Assembly: GCA_051294375.1 (NCBI GenBank) | Contig: CM119263.1 | Span: forward strand, 765,756-829,755 | DNA from: Paraspadella gotoi | Lineage: Eukaryota; Animalia; Chaetognatha | Direction: 5' to 3' | Length of the DNA stretch: 64,000 bases | In this document: positions 49,079 to 63,871 of the stretch, piece by piece | How positions within the stretch are numbered: the first letter of the stretch is position 1 | Layout of the letters: each line of letters starts with the position of its first letter | Notes under the pieces: generated by a model | The model's input: the letters and a program-made list of their open reading frames with translations, nothing else | What the model was told of the DNA's origin: nothing | Database searches by the model: none | Made by a program: the position numbers and the translations under genes

Positions 49079-52000
49079 ATGAGAGAGAGGAGAAGAAGAA
49101 GGAGAGAAAGACGAGAGGAGAGAGAAGTGAGCAAGTAACAGCGAGAGGGACGAGCGCAGACGCCATCTGAAATAAGCGCATCCGAGCTGAAGCAGAGGAA
49201 AAGAGCGGGCGCACCGTAACAGCTGAGCAGTGCACACTGCACACTCTTTATTTTTTGTTGTTTTTCCCCATAGTCCTCTGTCGCTTGTCTTCCGACTGCG
49301 TCAAACTGCCGTCACCAACGTTACACGTGACTCCGTCTCTTCTTTGCCGCGAATTGCATGGACGCGACAGCGACGTATCATCTTCTTTCGTGTCCCTCAA
49401 TCCCACTTGAAGCTTCGACTCCTCTGAACTTTCTCTTCCTTTCTTTCTTCTTTCCTTTATCTTCTCTTTCTTTCCTTTCTTTTTTCTTCTCTTCTCTCTT
49501 TCCTTTTTCATTTCCTTTCTCTTCTTTTCCCCTTTCTCTTCTTTTCTTTTATCTTACTTCCGTTCTCTTTTTTTTCTTTTTTCTTTTCAGCCTCTTTTCC
49601 ATTTTTTCTATTTCCTCTATTTTCTTGTTTCCTTAATTTCTTCCTTTGTTTTGTCGAGAATCAAAAAAAACCAGAGAGGAACTCGCCCGACGGGGGGCGG
49701 AGGTGGGGGGGACGATGGACCAAAAACGGACAAAAGGGAAAACGGCGATGGATGGACGAAACGGACAATATGACGGACAGGAACAATCAAACGGACCAAG
49801 GATTGAGAAGATAATGGGGAAGTTGTGAATTGGGCTGAGTGTCATTAAGTCCGTCTGGGTGGGACCGCTTGTTTTTCAGGAATCGACAGGAGGAGTACGT
49901 TGTTGGCCTTTTTTCGTAAAACGCCCCGTTTCAGTCATAAATCCTTGAACCTATATTTTAACTTTATAGATTAAGGAGGTAATTAGGCTAAGATTGCTAT
50001 ATTATAATTATTAGCAGCTTGTGAAATGGAATCATGGGGCTGGAACCGCAGGCTTCAGGGCTTTTCCAACGCTCTCAAGACCGTGTACGGCCGTCCTCAC
50101 GCTTCTTGCAGGTAATACTTGGGGATCAACCAGGTAATATAATGGTCAATACATAAGAGCTATTAGTGTCATGCTTAGAATGTGAGTTGGAAAACTCTTA
50201 AACAAATATTTAAGCCAAATCCTTTATTAAAACCTTCTAACCCTACATAAATCCCCTATAAATGTAACTAAAACTCATACATTCTGAATTTAAGTTTAAA
50301 ACGGGCAATATTTGGAAAATATGTCCCGATGGTCGTTTGAATCGAGACTTGGGTAAATCGAGCATGACTCTACTCTGAGATGGACCTCGGACTCTGAAGT
50401 ACAACAAACTTTCACTCTAGGGAGAAACAATATTTAAAGAACACGAGGAAAGGAAAACAACTGTTTTTCCCCAGAAAATCCAGTTTAAATCCATCAACTC
50501 CAAGATTCACTGTTCAAAATGGCGGCTGGTTTCCCCCCTCAACTCGTAATTGCAACCGTTGCCGCCATCTAGATGACAGCGGATCAAATGACTAATTAAC
50601 GTAAAGGGAACGAGAGAAGAAAAAAAAAGAGAGAAAAGAAAGAAAAAAGAAGAGAAAGAAAAATAGAAAAAGAGAAAGAAAAAAAAAAAGGGTTACGGGA
50701 AAACAGGTTTAGTTTTCCCAATTAATTTTCGTATGAATATGATTTTTGCACTGCGCTTGTGATCCGTTTGCTTTTTCACGCTCTCACTCGTTCGCCGCTC
50801 CATGATTTTCTCTCTCTCTTTTCTAGTCTCTCCGCTCTTTATCTATCTACCTTCTTACTTCTTCAAATTAACATTTTTCGTATTCCAAAATAATGTCCAA
50901 ATAACGATTACTGTATGACTTTATTTTATTTTTCTTTTTCTTTTTCTCTTTCTTTCTCTCTTTCGCTTTTTCTATCTCTTTTTCATTTCATTTTCTCTTT
51001 CTTTCTCTCTTTCGCTTTTTTTATCTCTTTTTCTTTCTCTTTCTCTTTCCATCTAGTTCATTTTCTCTTTCTTTCTCTCTTTCGCTTTTTCTATCTCTTT
51101 TTATTTCCATATTTCCCCTTTCCAATTTTACAAAGGTTTTTCCCTCAACCACCCGCATTACTAAACTTCGCTCACCACATTAGGTCATCACTCAATAATG
51201 ATAAATAAATATTATAATTACAGTTATCATTATTATCTTTCCATAAATTCTCCCCTTTTCCTTCTTCCACCATTTTAAACCCTCCCTCGCACAAACCTTT
51301 GACCTTACCTCACCTCCAGCCTTTTCCTCACCCCCCCGTCAGCCATCGCTTCATCATCAAAAGCGCTAACGAAGAAAAAAAGGATGATGGGCGGATGAAT
51401 GCCCTGGCGGCGGAGAAACGAAAAAACCCGAAATCCAAACAAGAAACAAAATAGCAAAACGCGACGATGATGGATGGAATGAAGGAGAAAAGGAAAACGA
51501 GGGAGATGGGGAGAGAGAGANNNNNNNNNNNNNNNNNNNNNNNNNCAGACGCAAGTTTTATACAAAGTTTTTTCCCTCAACACAACCCGCAATTGACTAA
51601 ACTTCGCTACACCACATGCCTAGTTCTATCAACTCAATAGACTGTTATAAATATACCATATATAACTTACAGTAATCCAGATGTATTATCTTTCAATAAA
51701 TTAACTCCCCTTTTTCTCTTCTATCCACACATTATAAAGACAACACTCAACTCGCACAGGAACTTTAGACCTTTACGCTTCCTCAGCGGCGTAATTCACT
51801 ACACCACCCCCGTCAAGCATCGCTTGCAATCAGCAAAAGCCAGCTGAACCGAAGACTAAAAAAGAGAATGATGAGGCAGGAGAATGAATGGCCCTGGCGG
51901 CGGAGAAATCGAAAAAACACCGAATCCAAGGAACCAAAAAGAAACAAGAATAGCAAAACGCGGAGCGAATGGAAGGACGCATGGGAAAATGTAGAGAGAA

Positions 52001-52824
52001 AAAGGGAAGAAGACGAGGTAAGAGAATGGAAGGAGGAGAGAGAGACGAGAGAGACCAGAGAGAGAGAGATGAGAGAGAGAGAAGATGAGAGAGAGGAGAA
52101 GAGAGAAAGAGAGAGAGAGAGGACGAGAGAGAGAGAGAGCGGAGGAACGAGAGAGGAGATAAAGAGGAGAGCAAAAAAGAGAAAGAGAGCTTAGAGACTC
52201 GTAACAGGGTACGAGAGAGAGAGAGAAGAGAGAGGGAGAAGAGAGGAGGAGAGAAAATTTGAAATGGTTGGGATAGAATGGAGAGAGAACAAGTGATCGC
52301 GTAATTTCCTCACTTGATCTTGCGAGTTTTGATTTCCTTCCGTGTTGTGTTTCTTCTCTCTCTCTACTTCTCTCTCTCTCTCGTCTCTCCTCTCTCGTCT
52401 CCTCTCGTCTCTGCTACATCTCTCTCTCTCTTTCAGATATTAACTGTTATTTCTTTGTGGGAGCAAGAAAGAAAATCAGGGAAAATAAATTGCTGTGAAT
52501 TCAACTCAATCAATTTTGACATTTTTTTTCTAGAATTTTTTTCCCGGTTGTTTTCGTGTTTCTTTCGAGAGTTGATCTACCTCTAGGGACGTTTATGAAT
52601 TACAATAATACAAAGGTACACACAAGCGATTGCAATTGGACGCATTGTTCAAAAAAAGACTTTGCATATGCTCCAGCAATGTTTTTTTTTCATTCAACCG
52701 GCGAATTTAAAAACAAAACAATAAATAAGAGGAATTAAATTTGTGAAAAAAAAAACTTTGCTTATGACAGAAAGTCACTTCAAGGAATATGTGTTTGATT
52801 AATTGAGGGGCGAGAGAGAGAGCG

Positions 52825-52900
<76 letters not shown>

Positions 52901-55439
52901 GAGAGAGAGAGAGAGAGAGCAGAGAGAGAGAGAGAGAGAAGAACGAGAGAGAATGAGATGTCGGAGAGAGGAGGGGGAGAATAAGAGTGAGGAGAGCGAG
53001 AGGGAAGAGGGGAGAAGGGAGGAACAAGAGAATAGCGTGGAGTTGTATTTTTGCGTACGGTCGTGACGAAAATTTTTTCCCGCTCTCGAAACTTCGGTTC
53101 TCTTCAGGCGAACGAAGTTTCCGGACGAAAAAAAATACCTGCGACTTTTTTTTTTTCAAAAGGTAGAAGGGTGCTGAGTCCATTTCGAGATCCGAGAGAT
53201 CGGCGCGAGTATTACGTTTTAGCGAGTATTAATAACCCTTTATATCTTTGTGACACAGTTAACTTTACTCTTTTGGTTTCGACGAACTGTTTTAAGATAG
53301 AATGAGTTGGGAAAAAAATGGGAGGAGGAATTAAGGGTGTCGTGTGGATCGAACAGCGTGGTGAGAGCGTGAGAGTGTGAGAGTGTGAGAGTGTAAGAGG
53401 TGAGAGTTAAAAATGCGATGCGGTTTCGGAAATTTTCAGGGTAAGGCGTGGGTGAGTAAGGCTCGTGGATAAGTGGAGGATGCAGCGTGGTCGATTGAGT
53501 TGGCGGTCATGGAAGAATCGTTCAGGAAAAAAAAGAAAAAAAGAGTAAGTTGTCATGATAGCTTTTTAAATTTATTTATTAAATAACTAGTTTTAGTATT
53601 GGTTTTACAAATTTTCAAAGAACTTATTGGCGATATAGGTAAAATTATAACTATCCAGTCCAAACAATAAAAACAACAAAAACCAAAACAAAAACAAATA
53701 AAAGACAGCAACGACGACGACGACAACAACAACCAAAACAACAACAACAACAACAACCAAACCTCTTCCTCTTTTCGCACGACGGAATCGATTTTTCCTC
53801 CAACTTCTCACGTAGACCATAAATTCCATCTTCTCTTCCCCCCCCTTCCACCCCCTTTCGATTCGGAGCCTCGACCTTATTCGCTTCTCCCGTCTTTTCT
53901 TAATATTTCTTCATCACCGGCGAGGAGAGGCCTGGTCTCGCCTTCTCGGTCCGTAATCAGGCGGCCGGCGCAGAGGGCCTGGTCTCGCATGTCTCGGGTC
54001 CGTAATCAGGCGGCCGCGCGGAGAGGCTGGTCTCGCCTCTCGGGTCGCAATCAGGCGGCCGACGCAGAGGGGCCTGGTCTGGCTTCTCGGGTCCGTAATC
54101 AGGCGGCCTGCGCAGAGGGCCTGGTCTCGCCTCTCGGGTCCGTAATTCAGGCCGGTCGGTGCGACCGTGCGACGCGAGGAGTCGACGAGCCAGTCCGCCT
54201 GTCGGTCTTTTTACCAGGTTTTTGGTCGGTCTCTCTGCCTGAGCTGACCGACCCACTGTGTTGGTTGCTGGCTCCACGGGTCTTCCTGCCGGACGGCTCG
54301 CCTTCCTGTTTCTGCTCCAGGTCCGCCCGCCTGTCTGCCTGTCAGCTTTCTCAACGGACCATCTAACAATTCTTTCGATTGTCTGCCTGCCGGTCTTCCT
54401 CTTGTTCTTCTTGCCTGTCGGCCGATAGTCTTTTTACCGGTCCGCCTACCAGTCCGCCCGTCGGTCCGCCTGCCTGTCCGCCCGCCTGTCCGCCCGTTTT
54501 CTATCGCCCTACCTATCCTTCTCTTTCGCCGCATTCATCTTAATTACTTCGGCAACGACGTCATATTCTTCGCGCCGGAAATTTCCGGCCGAAGCGACGC
54601 TGACGTCGGGAATTAGGAAAACCATAACAATTTCGACAAGGTTGATCAAGAGAAAGAAAGAAAAAGAGAGCGAGAGAGAGAGAGAGGGAGAGAGAGAGAA
54701 AGAGAGAGGGAGAGAGAGAAAGGGAGAGAGAGAGAGAGAGGAATGTTTTTTTATTTTTTTCTTACTCTTTTACTTGTCTTTAATTCTCTATTCTATTTCT
54801 TATATTTTCCCTCCTTTTTCTTTCTTTCTTTCTTTCCTTCTTTTCTACTTTCTTTTTTTTTCTGTCTTTTAATCTTTCTTTATCCCTTTTTTTCTTTTAT
54901 TTTTTTCTTTTTCTCTCCCTACCTTCCTTTCCTTTCCTCCTTCCTTTGTTTCTTCTTTTCACTCTTCATTTTTCCCTCCAGCTCTTTTTCCTCCCTTTTC
55001 CTCTGTCCTTTTCTATCTTCCTTCCATTTTTCTCTATCCTTTTCTATCTTACTTCTATTTTCCTCTGCCCTTTTCTATCTTCCTTCTATTTTCCTCTGTC
55101 CTTTTCTATCTTCTTTTTATTTTCCTCTGTCCTTTTCTATCTTCCTTCTATTTTCTCTGTCCTTTTCTAACTTCCTTCAATTTTCCTCTGTCCTTTTCTA
55201 TCTTCCTTCTATTTTCCTCTGTCCTTTTCTATCTTCCTTCTATTTTTCTCTGTCCTTTTCTATCTTTCTTCTTTTTTCCTCTGTCCTTTTCTATCTTCCT
55301 TCTATTTTCTTCTGTCCTCTCTTCCGCGTTTTTATGATGAAGCGATTTCGAAACGCTCTCGATTTTCCGCCTAAAAAATCTTCATCTTCGGTCCTCGTTT
55401 TTCTTCATTACGTCTCCGGGCGTTCGTCGTCGTCGTCGA

Positions 55440-55474
<35 letters not shown>

Positions 55475-55799
55475 CCGTCGCCGTCGATTTGGAAGTGAAT
55501 TTTTCCCTTTTTTTTCAAAAAATCGGCGCCCATTGAAATCTTGTCCCCGCGGCGCCGAAATTTCCCGGCGAAAAGAAAGACGCGTTTCTCTCCATCAAAG
55601 TTTGTCAGGCGACGGAAATGAGTTTGGGGGGGGAAAGGTGGTTGAGTGGAAGGTGTTTGGGGAATAGGAGAAGTTGGGGAGGGAAAGAGGGTGGGGAAAG
55701 GTGGTAAGAGGGAAAGAAGCGGACTGGTGGATTGCGCGGCTGGGGATGGGATGGGATGGTCGGATGGGATCGAGCGAATGAGATCGAAAGTGGTCATAT

Positions 55800-56100
55800 G
55801 TTATGGAGGGCAATGGAGTGGCACGTGGAGGAGCATGGAGGGGCATGGAGGGGCATGGTGGGCGTATTGGAGGGGCATGGAGGGGAGCATGGTGGGGTAT
55901 GCGGGGGTATGGAAGGAGGCATGGAGGGGCATGGTGGGGTATGGAGGCGGCAATGGAGAGGCATGGAGTGGCAATGGAGGGGCATGGAGGGCGCATGGAG
56001 GGGCATGGTGGGGTATGGAGGGGCATGGAGGGGCATTGGTGGGTAATGGAGGGGTAATGGAGGGGCATTGGGGTGGGGCTTGGAGGGGCATGAGAAGGCA
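55800..56100. repeat. (GGAGGGGCAT)n 10-bp minisatellite
   Basis: Direct tandem units. Confidence 0.8.
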
Positions 56101-59100
56101 TTGAGGGGTATATAGAAGCAGAATAGAGAGATATGGTGAGTTTGAGAGATAGCTATTGAGAAATTAAGTGACTCGTGGAGACAGAAATGGTCGGTCATAC
56201 TTTAGCGGTGAAGTGAATCGATAGGAACGATTTCAACCTATTAAGGATTTAAATAAAAACCAAAAGAGGGACTTTAAATCTCGGAAGAACGCGACTCTGA
56301 AACTTGGTTGGAACATTTGACATCTGAACTCTTCCTCTTTCCTTTTTCCCAAATGAGAAGAGTCGTTTATAAAAACGAGGAATATAATCTCCGTTTTTTC
56401 TACTTCGTCGTGCCTCCTCGTGTGTCTGATCAACACGCGAATAGTTTTCCCGATTCACAATCCGAAACACGACGCCGTCGCCCTACTCGACGGGAGCCGC
56501 GAGAACATAGATAAATAAGTACGGTATGAACGAGTCCCTGAGAGAAGAAAGAAGAAAAAAAAAAAGTATAAGAGAAAAAATATAGAGAGGGCGAGGTACG
56601 GAGACAAGCATCGGGAGGAATTTTGGGTTGTAATCGTGGGCAGGGTTTATGAGATAAATGAGAGAGGGAGAGAGAGAGGGACGGAGAGAGAAGAGAGAGA
56701 GAGAGAGAGAGAGGAGAGTACGGGTATTTGTAGAGTTATGTAAAAGAGGCGAGTCAAGACGGCCGTGTAGATAGTATTGAGAGAAGTGTTAAGAGAGCTA
56801 TGGAGAGAGACGCGAGGAGAGAACTGTTGTGTTTTCTATTAAAGGGGTTTGCCATTTTTTTAAGGGTAAGGACCACTAACCGAAATGACTAAAAGTGACG
56901 AATCTACGCTCGGTTACTATTTCTTTACGTCGAAACCCTTTCTCATTACGCGTAATCATACATGAACGAGGTGCTTCGACGGATTATTTCGCAATCACTC
57001 TATAGATATATTGAGGTGGCCCTAGGAAAAATATTGCGAGGGCCTAAAAATTTGTAGGGAAATTTAAAAATTATTATTTTCCTTTTCTCAATTACCTAAA
57101 AAAAATAATTCACTTTAATTCTCTCTCAATTATGTCTGATTAAACTTGGGAGATGTGTTATTTGTATGTTGGAGTTAAGTAAACTCTGTTAATTTATAAA
57201 ACGGTATTTATTAATAAATATCGATGGTTATATTTAGTGAGATTTAAGGTACTGGAATAATAGGAGGGTTAGGTTTGTTATTATAGGACTATTTGAGGTT
57301 AGAGAGTAATTCAATAATTTTTTAGGATCTTACGTTATTGGGTAATATAATTGGTGTTCTGAAATTTTAAGGAGATAAAGATTAGAAATTTTTATGGCTC
57401 CTAAGCTAACGCAAAGTCCAGAAATGTAATTAGAGAGAGTAAAAGGAAATTTAACAATGATTTTGCGAGACTATTGTTTTAAATTAACGAAAATGCAATT
57501 AGTTTTAACAATTTATGTGTGGGTTTTCTTCTTTCGTGTGTGTTTTTCTTACGTTAGTAATGTAACGATCGAGAAATCGTGAAATTCTTCGGCGAGGCTT
57601 TGGATATAAAATAATATATATAATAATAACAATATAATCAGAATACATTATTAACAATGCGTATGTAATTCTTGTCAGGACTCTACCAGTGCTACGGGCC
57701 TCTTCTTCTCGTTTAAACATTTTATTCATATACAGAGAGCCGTACATTTAAGATCTTAAAAATTCCACATAAGTTGATAAATTCTCGATTGATTTGAAAT
57801 CGATTCCCAAAACTGCAGAGAGATATATCTAGACGACAAACAACAACAGACGACAACAACGACGACAAAAAGAAAAGGTCCGTGGACAATAAATAAAAAG
57901 TGGACGGCACCGCACCATTTTTGAATCTCATAACAAAACGGCAGGAGAGTCGAGGGTCGGGTTAATCATATTTTGAAGCTCCTTAAATATTTTAAAACTT
58001 AGAAGTTTCTCGTTCATCGAAGAGAATTTGATTCTGCAAATTTCGATTAAAAATTCTCATTCCCTTCTTTTCATCTCTCTTTAAGTCTACTTTCTACATA
58101 CAAAAAATCCTTCATAATCTGCATTTCTGTGGCATCCGTGATTGTCAGGCCGGAAATCAGAATTTTGTTATACGCGTCTGTACTTACTCACAAGCATCAT
58201 TTTCTCTCGCTTGCCCTTGTATAGCCAACTTCGTACAACTAAATTAAAAGTAAAGGAGAGAACAAACAGAGAGTATACAAGGTTTCAGCGCTATGCTCAC
58301 CCTGGATGGGTAAGGTCGAGAGTTGCGGAGTCATGTGGCTCTTGTGAGCGGGAGAACCTTTGAGGTGTGCAGAACTAATTGCGCGCATGCGGAAACTCCC
58401 CATAGAGACGTCATCATACTCACACTATTGTCCATTGACGAAGGTAAGTTGCCTTCTTTGTCGCTCGCCATAAAATATGTGCAAATAATGAGGTCGAACT
58501 TACCCCAGATCATCACCGGATGTATCCGAGTATTTTAAATTTAGTACATTATTTACATGCTCACCCACTCACAAAAAAAGAACAAATTCTAATTTTAAAT
58601 TGTGAAAGTCACTACCACTAGTTGAAAGAAATAGGTTTTATTTTAATTTTGAGAGTACCTGGTCCGTGCTTGTAAAAGGTAATTACGGTTTACTCATTTT
58701 ATAATTTAACGAACATCACTAGAAAGATATGTGAGTGACGCAGCATCAACTTTTTTTTTCAACATTGAGACTGTAAATCTGACTCGTATAAGCAAAAGTG
58801 ATGTAAACATAGCAATACATATTTCATTGATTGAAGAGGAACCTAAGAACCACAGGGATTTCTTCTTTGGGTCTTTTACTCATTTTCATAATCTCTGGGT
58901 AATAATTCATCTGTTCTTTCTTATCTTTTAATTAAAGTAATAACTATTTAGAGTTTATTGAGTCTTTATTTAAAGTTAATTATTTTATTAATTATTTAAA
59001 GGTTATGAGCATATTTTAAAAGCGAGTAGAACTAGACCTGAAGGAGAGAAAATGAATTGAACAGACATACAGACGAGCAAGTCCTAATTATATATATAAT

Positions 59101-62100
59101 AAATAATTCAAACTTGAACACTCACTTTAAAACGGGCTATTTTTCTTTGAAACCTCAGTGTCTTTNNNNNNNNNNNNNNNNNNNNNNNNNAGAAGGAAGA
59201 TAGAAAGGACAGAGAAAAAAAGAAAAAGAATAGAAAAAAGGACAGAGAAAAAGTAGAAGGAAGATAGAAGAAGGACGAGAAGGGAAATAGAGAGGGAAGA
59301 TAGAAAGGACAGCAGGAAAATATGAAGGAAGATAGAAAAGGACAGAGAGAAAATAGAAGGAAAGATAGAAAAAGGAACAGAGGAGAAAATAGAAAGAAGA
59401 TAGAGAAAAGGACAGAGGGAAAATAGAAAGAAGATAGAAAGGCAGAGGAAAATAGAGTAAGATAGAAAGGATAGAGAAAAAATGGAAGAAGATAGAAAAG
59501 GACAGAGGAAAAGGAGGAAAAAGAGCTGGAGGGAAAAATGAGAGTGAAAGAGAAGAACAAAGGAAGAAGAGAAAGGAAAGGAAGGTAAGGAGAGAAGAAA
59601 GAGAAAAAAATAAAAGAAAAAGAAGGATTAAAGAAAGATTAAAAGACAGAAAAAAAAAGAAGTAAAAAGAAGGAAAGAAAGAAAGAAGAGAAAAGGAGCG
59701 GAAAATATAAGAAATAGAATATAGAGAATTTACAAGACAGTAAAAGAGTAAGAAAAAAATGAAAAAAACATTCCTCTCTCTCTCTCTCTCCTTTCTCTCA
59801 CTCCCTCTCTTTTCCTCTCTCTCCCCTCTCTTCTCTCTCTGCGCTCTCTTTTCTTTCTTTTTCGTTGATCAACCTTGTCCGAAATTGTTTATGGTTTTCC
59901 TAATTCCCGACGTCAGCCGTCGCTTCGGCCGGAAATTTCCGGCCGCGAAGAAATGGACGTCGTTGCCGAAAGTAGTGATAAGAATTGAATGCGGGGCGAA
60001 AGAGAAAGGATAGGTAGGGCAGATATAAAACGGGCGGACAGGACGGGGCGACAGGCCAGAGGAGCGAGCGGGCGGACTGCGTAGGCGGAACCGGTTAAAA
60101 GACTCATCGGGCCGACAGGCAAGAAGAACAAGAGGAAGACCGGCAGGCAGCAGACAATCGAAAGAATTGTAGATGTGTTCCGTTGAGAAAGCTGACAGGC
60201 AGACAGGGCTAGGGCGGACCTGGAGCAGAAACACACGAGGCGAGCCGTCACGCAGGAAAGACCGAGTGGAGGCAAAACCCAATCAGAGCCGGTCCAGTCC
60301 AGGCAGAGAGACCGACCAAAAAACTGGATAAAAAAGACGACAGGCGGAAACTGGCTCGTCGACTCCTCGGTCGCGCACGGATCGCACCGATCCGGCTGAT
60401 TACGGACCCGAGAGGCGAGACCAGGCCCTCTTGGCCAGGCCCGACTGATTACGGACCCAGAGAAGAAGCCAGACCAGGCCCCCTGCGGTGCGTCGGCCGC
60501 CTGATTGGCGGACACCAAAGAGAGGCGGAAGACCAGGCTCGCGTCCGATTGACCGCGACCAAGATGCCCGCCGTCCTGATTTACGGACCCAGAGCAGTGC
60601 GAGACCAGGCCCCTCTGCCGCCGGCCGCCTGATTACGGACCCGAGAGGCGAGACCAGGCCATTTCTCCTCGCCGGTGATGAAGAAAATTTAAAGAAAAGA
60701 GCGGGAGAAGCGAATAGGTCGAGGCTCCGAATCGAAGGGGAGTGGGGGGGGGGGAAGAGAGATGGAATTTATGGTCTTACGTGAGAAGTTGGATGGAAAT
60801 CGATTCCGTCGTGCGAAAAGAGGAATGAGGTTTGGTTGTTGGTATGTTGTTGTTGTTTTGGTTTGTTGTTGTCGTCGTCGTCGTTGCTGTCTTTTATTTT
60901 GTTTTCGTTTTGGTTTTTGTTGTTTTTAGTTGTGTTGAACGTGGATAGTAATAATTGTACCTATATCAGCGCAATTAGTTACTTTGAAAATTTGTTAAAC
61001 CAATACTAAACTAGTGTATTTAATAAATAAATTTAAAGTAAGCTATCAGACACTATACTTCTTTTTTTTCTTTTTTTTCATCCTGAACGATTCTTTCATG
61101 ACCGCCACTGCAATCGACCCACGCTGCAAATCCTCCACTTATCACTGGGCTACTCACCCACGCCTTTACCCTGAAAATTTCCGAAACCCGCATCGCATTT
61201 TTAAAACTCTCACTTCTACACTCTCACGACTCTCACATCTCAAACGCTCTCACACTTTCGATCACAAGCCTTATTCCTCCTGACCATGTTTTTTCCCATC
61301 ATCCTTTTAAAAAGTGACGTCGTCGAAACAAAAGAGGTCAAGTTTAGATGTGTCAACAAATAAATTAAAGAGTTAAACTTAAAGACATAGAATATCGTCC
61401 GACTCTCAGATCTGCGGAATCACTTACCTTGAAAAAAAAAATCGACAGGAATTTTTTTTTCCAGTCTCGGAAAACTTGTTCCCTGAGAAGAACCGAAGTT
61501 CGAGACGGGAAAAAATCTATTTACGACCGTACCTAAATAAATCCACGGCCTCTTCTCTCTCTCTCCTCTCTCTCCTCTTCTCTCTCCTCTCTCGTCATCT
61601 CTCTCACTTCTCATCTCTCTCTGCTCCTCTCTGATCTCGTACTCTTCTCTCTCTCCTCTCTCTCAGTCTCTCTCTGCTACATCTCTCTCATCGATGCATC
61701 TGCGATCGTCACTCTATCTCTCTCACATCTCGCCCGGATTTACATCAAACAATTTCTTGAAAGTGGACTATTACTGGCACATAACCAAGTTTTTTTTCGC
61801 GAATTGGTATATTATTCCACTTTTTTATTGTTTTTGTTTTTAATTGCAAGCCATGGTGGTATGCGAATTTTTTGAATGAAAAGAAACAACATTGCTGGGC
61901 GATAGTGCTAAAGATTCTTTTTTGACAATGCGTCAATTGCAATGCGCTCTTTGTGTGTACCTTTGTATTAATTGTACATTCATAAACGCGTCCCTAGAGG
62001 TAGAATCAACTCTCTGAAAGAAACACGAAAACAACCGGAAAAAATTCTAGAAAAAAAATGTCAAAAATTGATTGAGGTTTGAAATTCACAGCAATTTATT

Positions 62101-62192
62101 TTCCCTGATTTTCTTTCTGCTCCGCACAAAAGAAATAACCAGTTAATATCTGAAAGAGAGATGAGGGAGAGAGAGAGAGAGAGAGACGGGAA

Positions 62193-62225
<33 letters not shown>

Positions 62226-63459
62226 GAGAGGAGAGAGATTTTTCAAACGGTAAAACCGAATTGACCTAAAGTGACGAATCGCCTCGGTTAGCTATTTCTT
62301 TACGTCGAACCCTTTTTACGCGCTAAATTCATAAACGATGACGCATGTCTTCATTGTTTCAACTATGAATAATATTGGAAAAATAGAAAAAATAAAAAAA
62401 ACATTTTCTTTTCTCAAACTAAAAAAAAATTCACTTATCACGATTCCAGAGTTTATTGTTTTGGTGTAATCTTTTAGAACTATTCTATGTAATGTAATGT
62501 AACGTAATGTAGGGTTGTTATATAAAATATTCCCAAAATTTTAACCCCGAAATTCATGATTTTTGTCTATAATTAAAAATCATTTATAAAGCTCCAGTCT
62601 CAAGATTAAGAGAACTATCGAGACATTCGTTATGGTCTCGGGCTCGAACGATGGATCTCGCGAGGCTTTGGATATAAAAATAATAATAATAATAATAACA
62701 ATATAATAAACATTTATTACAATGGTATTAATCTTTAGACTCTAACCGTCTAGCCTCTTCTTCTCGTTTAAACATTTTTTCGTCTTCAAAAAAACCAAAG
62801 TTCAAATTCTCGACTTGAAAATTGAATCCGATCGAAATCCAACTGAGAGAGAAATCGACGACGACAACAACAACGACGACAACAACGACGACAAAAAGAA
62901 AGGTCGTGACAATAAATAAAAAAGTGGAGGACGCCGCCATTTTGAATCTCATAAACAAAACGGAGGAGAGTCGAGGTCGGGTTAATCATTTTGAACTTCC
63001 TTAAATATTTTAAAACTTAAGAAGTTTCGTTCATGAAGGAATTTTGATTCTGCAAATTCGATTAAAAATTCCTTCCTTTTTTCATCCTTTAGTAAAAAAA
63101 AAAATTCATTGCATTTTCATTGTTCAACGCGTCTGTACTTACTCCACAAGCATCATTTTCTCTCGTTGCTTGTCTCAGCTTGTCACTGACCGACAAGGCT
63201 TGTCACTGCCTATCATTGCCGCTCTGTCCCTGAGAGTCATTCCGATTCTGTGTCGCCTAAAAATTTTCACCGATCATCGATTTTTATTAACTTTAATGCT
63301 CACAACTCACAAAAAAAGAAACAAATTTAATTTTAAATTGTAAAGTATAACTATTAGTTTTATTACTGTTATTTTTATCATTATTACTATAGTATAGTAT
63401 TAACTAAATCTGACTCGTAAAATGATGTAACACTTCATTGAAGAAACAAAACCAATATT

Positions 63460-63510
<51 letters not shown>

Positions 63511-63758
63511 CTTTCCTCCCTTTGCCTCCCTCTCTTTCTGGTTCGTCCCTCCCATTGACTTGGAACAAAGACTCGCAAATCATGTGACTCCACAAAAAAA
63601 TGGGTAAATAAGAAAAAAATGAAAAGAAAGGAAAGATTAAGGATAAACAGAAAAAGAGAGGAATGAAAAAAAGGAAATAAAGGAAAAATGCTAAAGTGGT
63701 AAATGGTAAAGTGGTAAATGCTAAAGTGATAAAAGCAAAAATGGTAAATGGTGGTAAA

Positions 63759-63871
63759 ATCTTGAAAAAGGGATGGGGCCCTTAAGCCAGCATCGCCTGT
63801 CAAAAGTCAGGAGTAAGATAGATTATTTATTAAATGAATGGATAATTATTACATTGGTTGTAGTAATTTCA
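63759..63871 (+). mobile_element. Diverged family C-related fragment with a degenerate twister (redundant copy of 33520-33638)
   Basis: P5 AUCUUG/UAAGAU, GA-UGG-GGCCCU-UAA, P4 CCUG/CAGG with loop UCAAAAGU; ends AATTTCA. Confidence 0.6.

Noticed and set aside
39530-62160. Large inverted segmental duplications
   Set aside because: Indel-rich, gap-associated copies typical of unpolished long-read fills; not credible as biology without read support.
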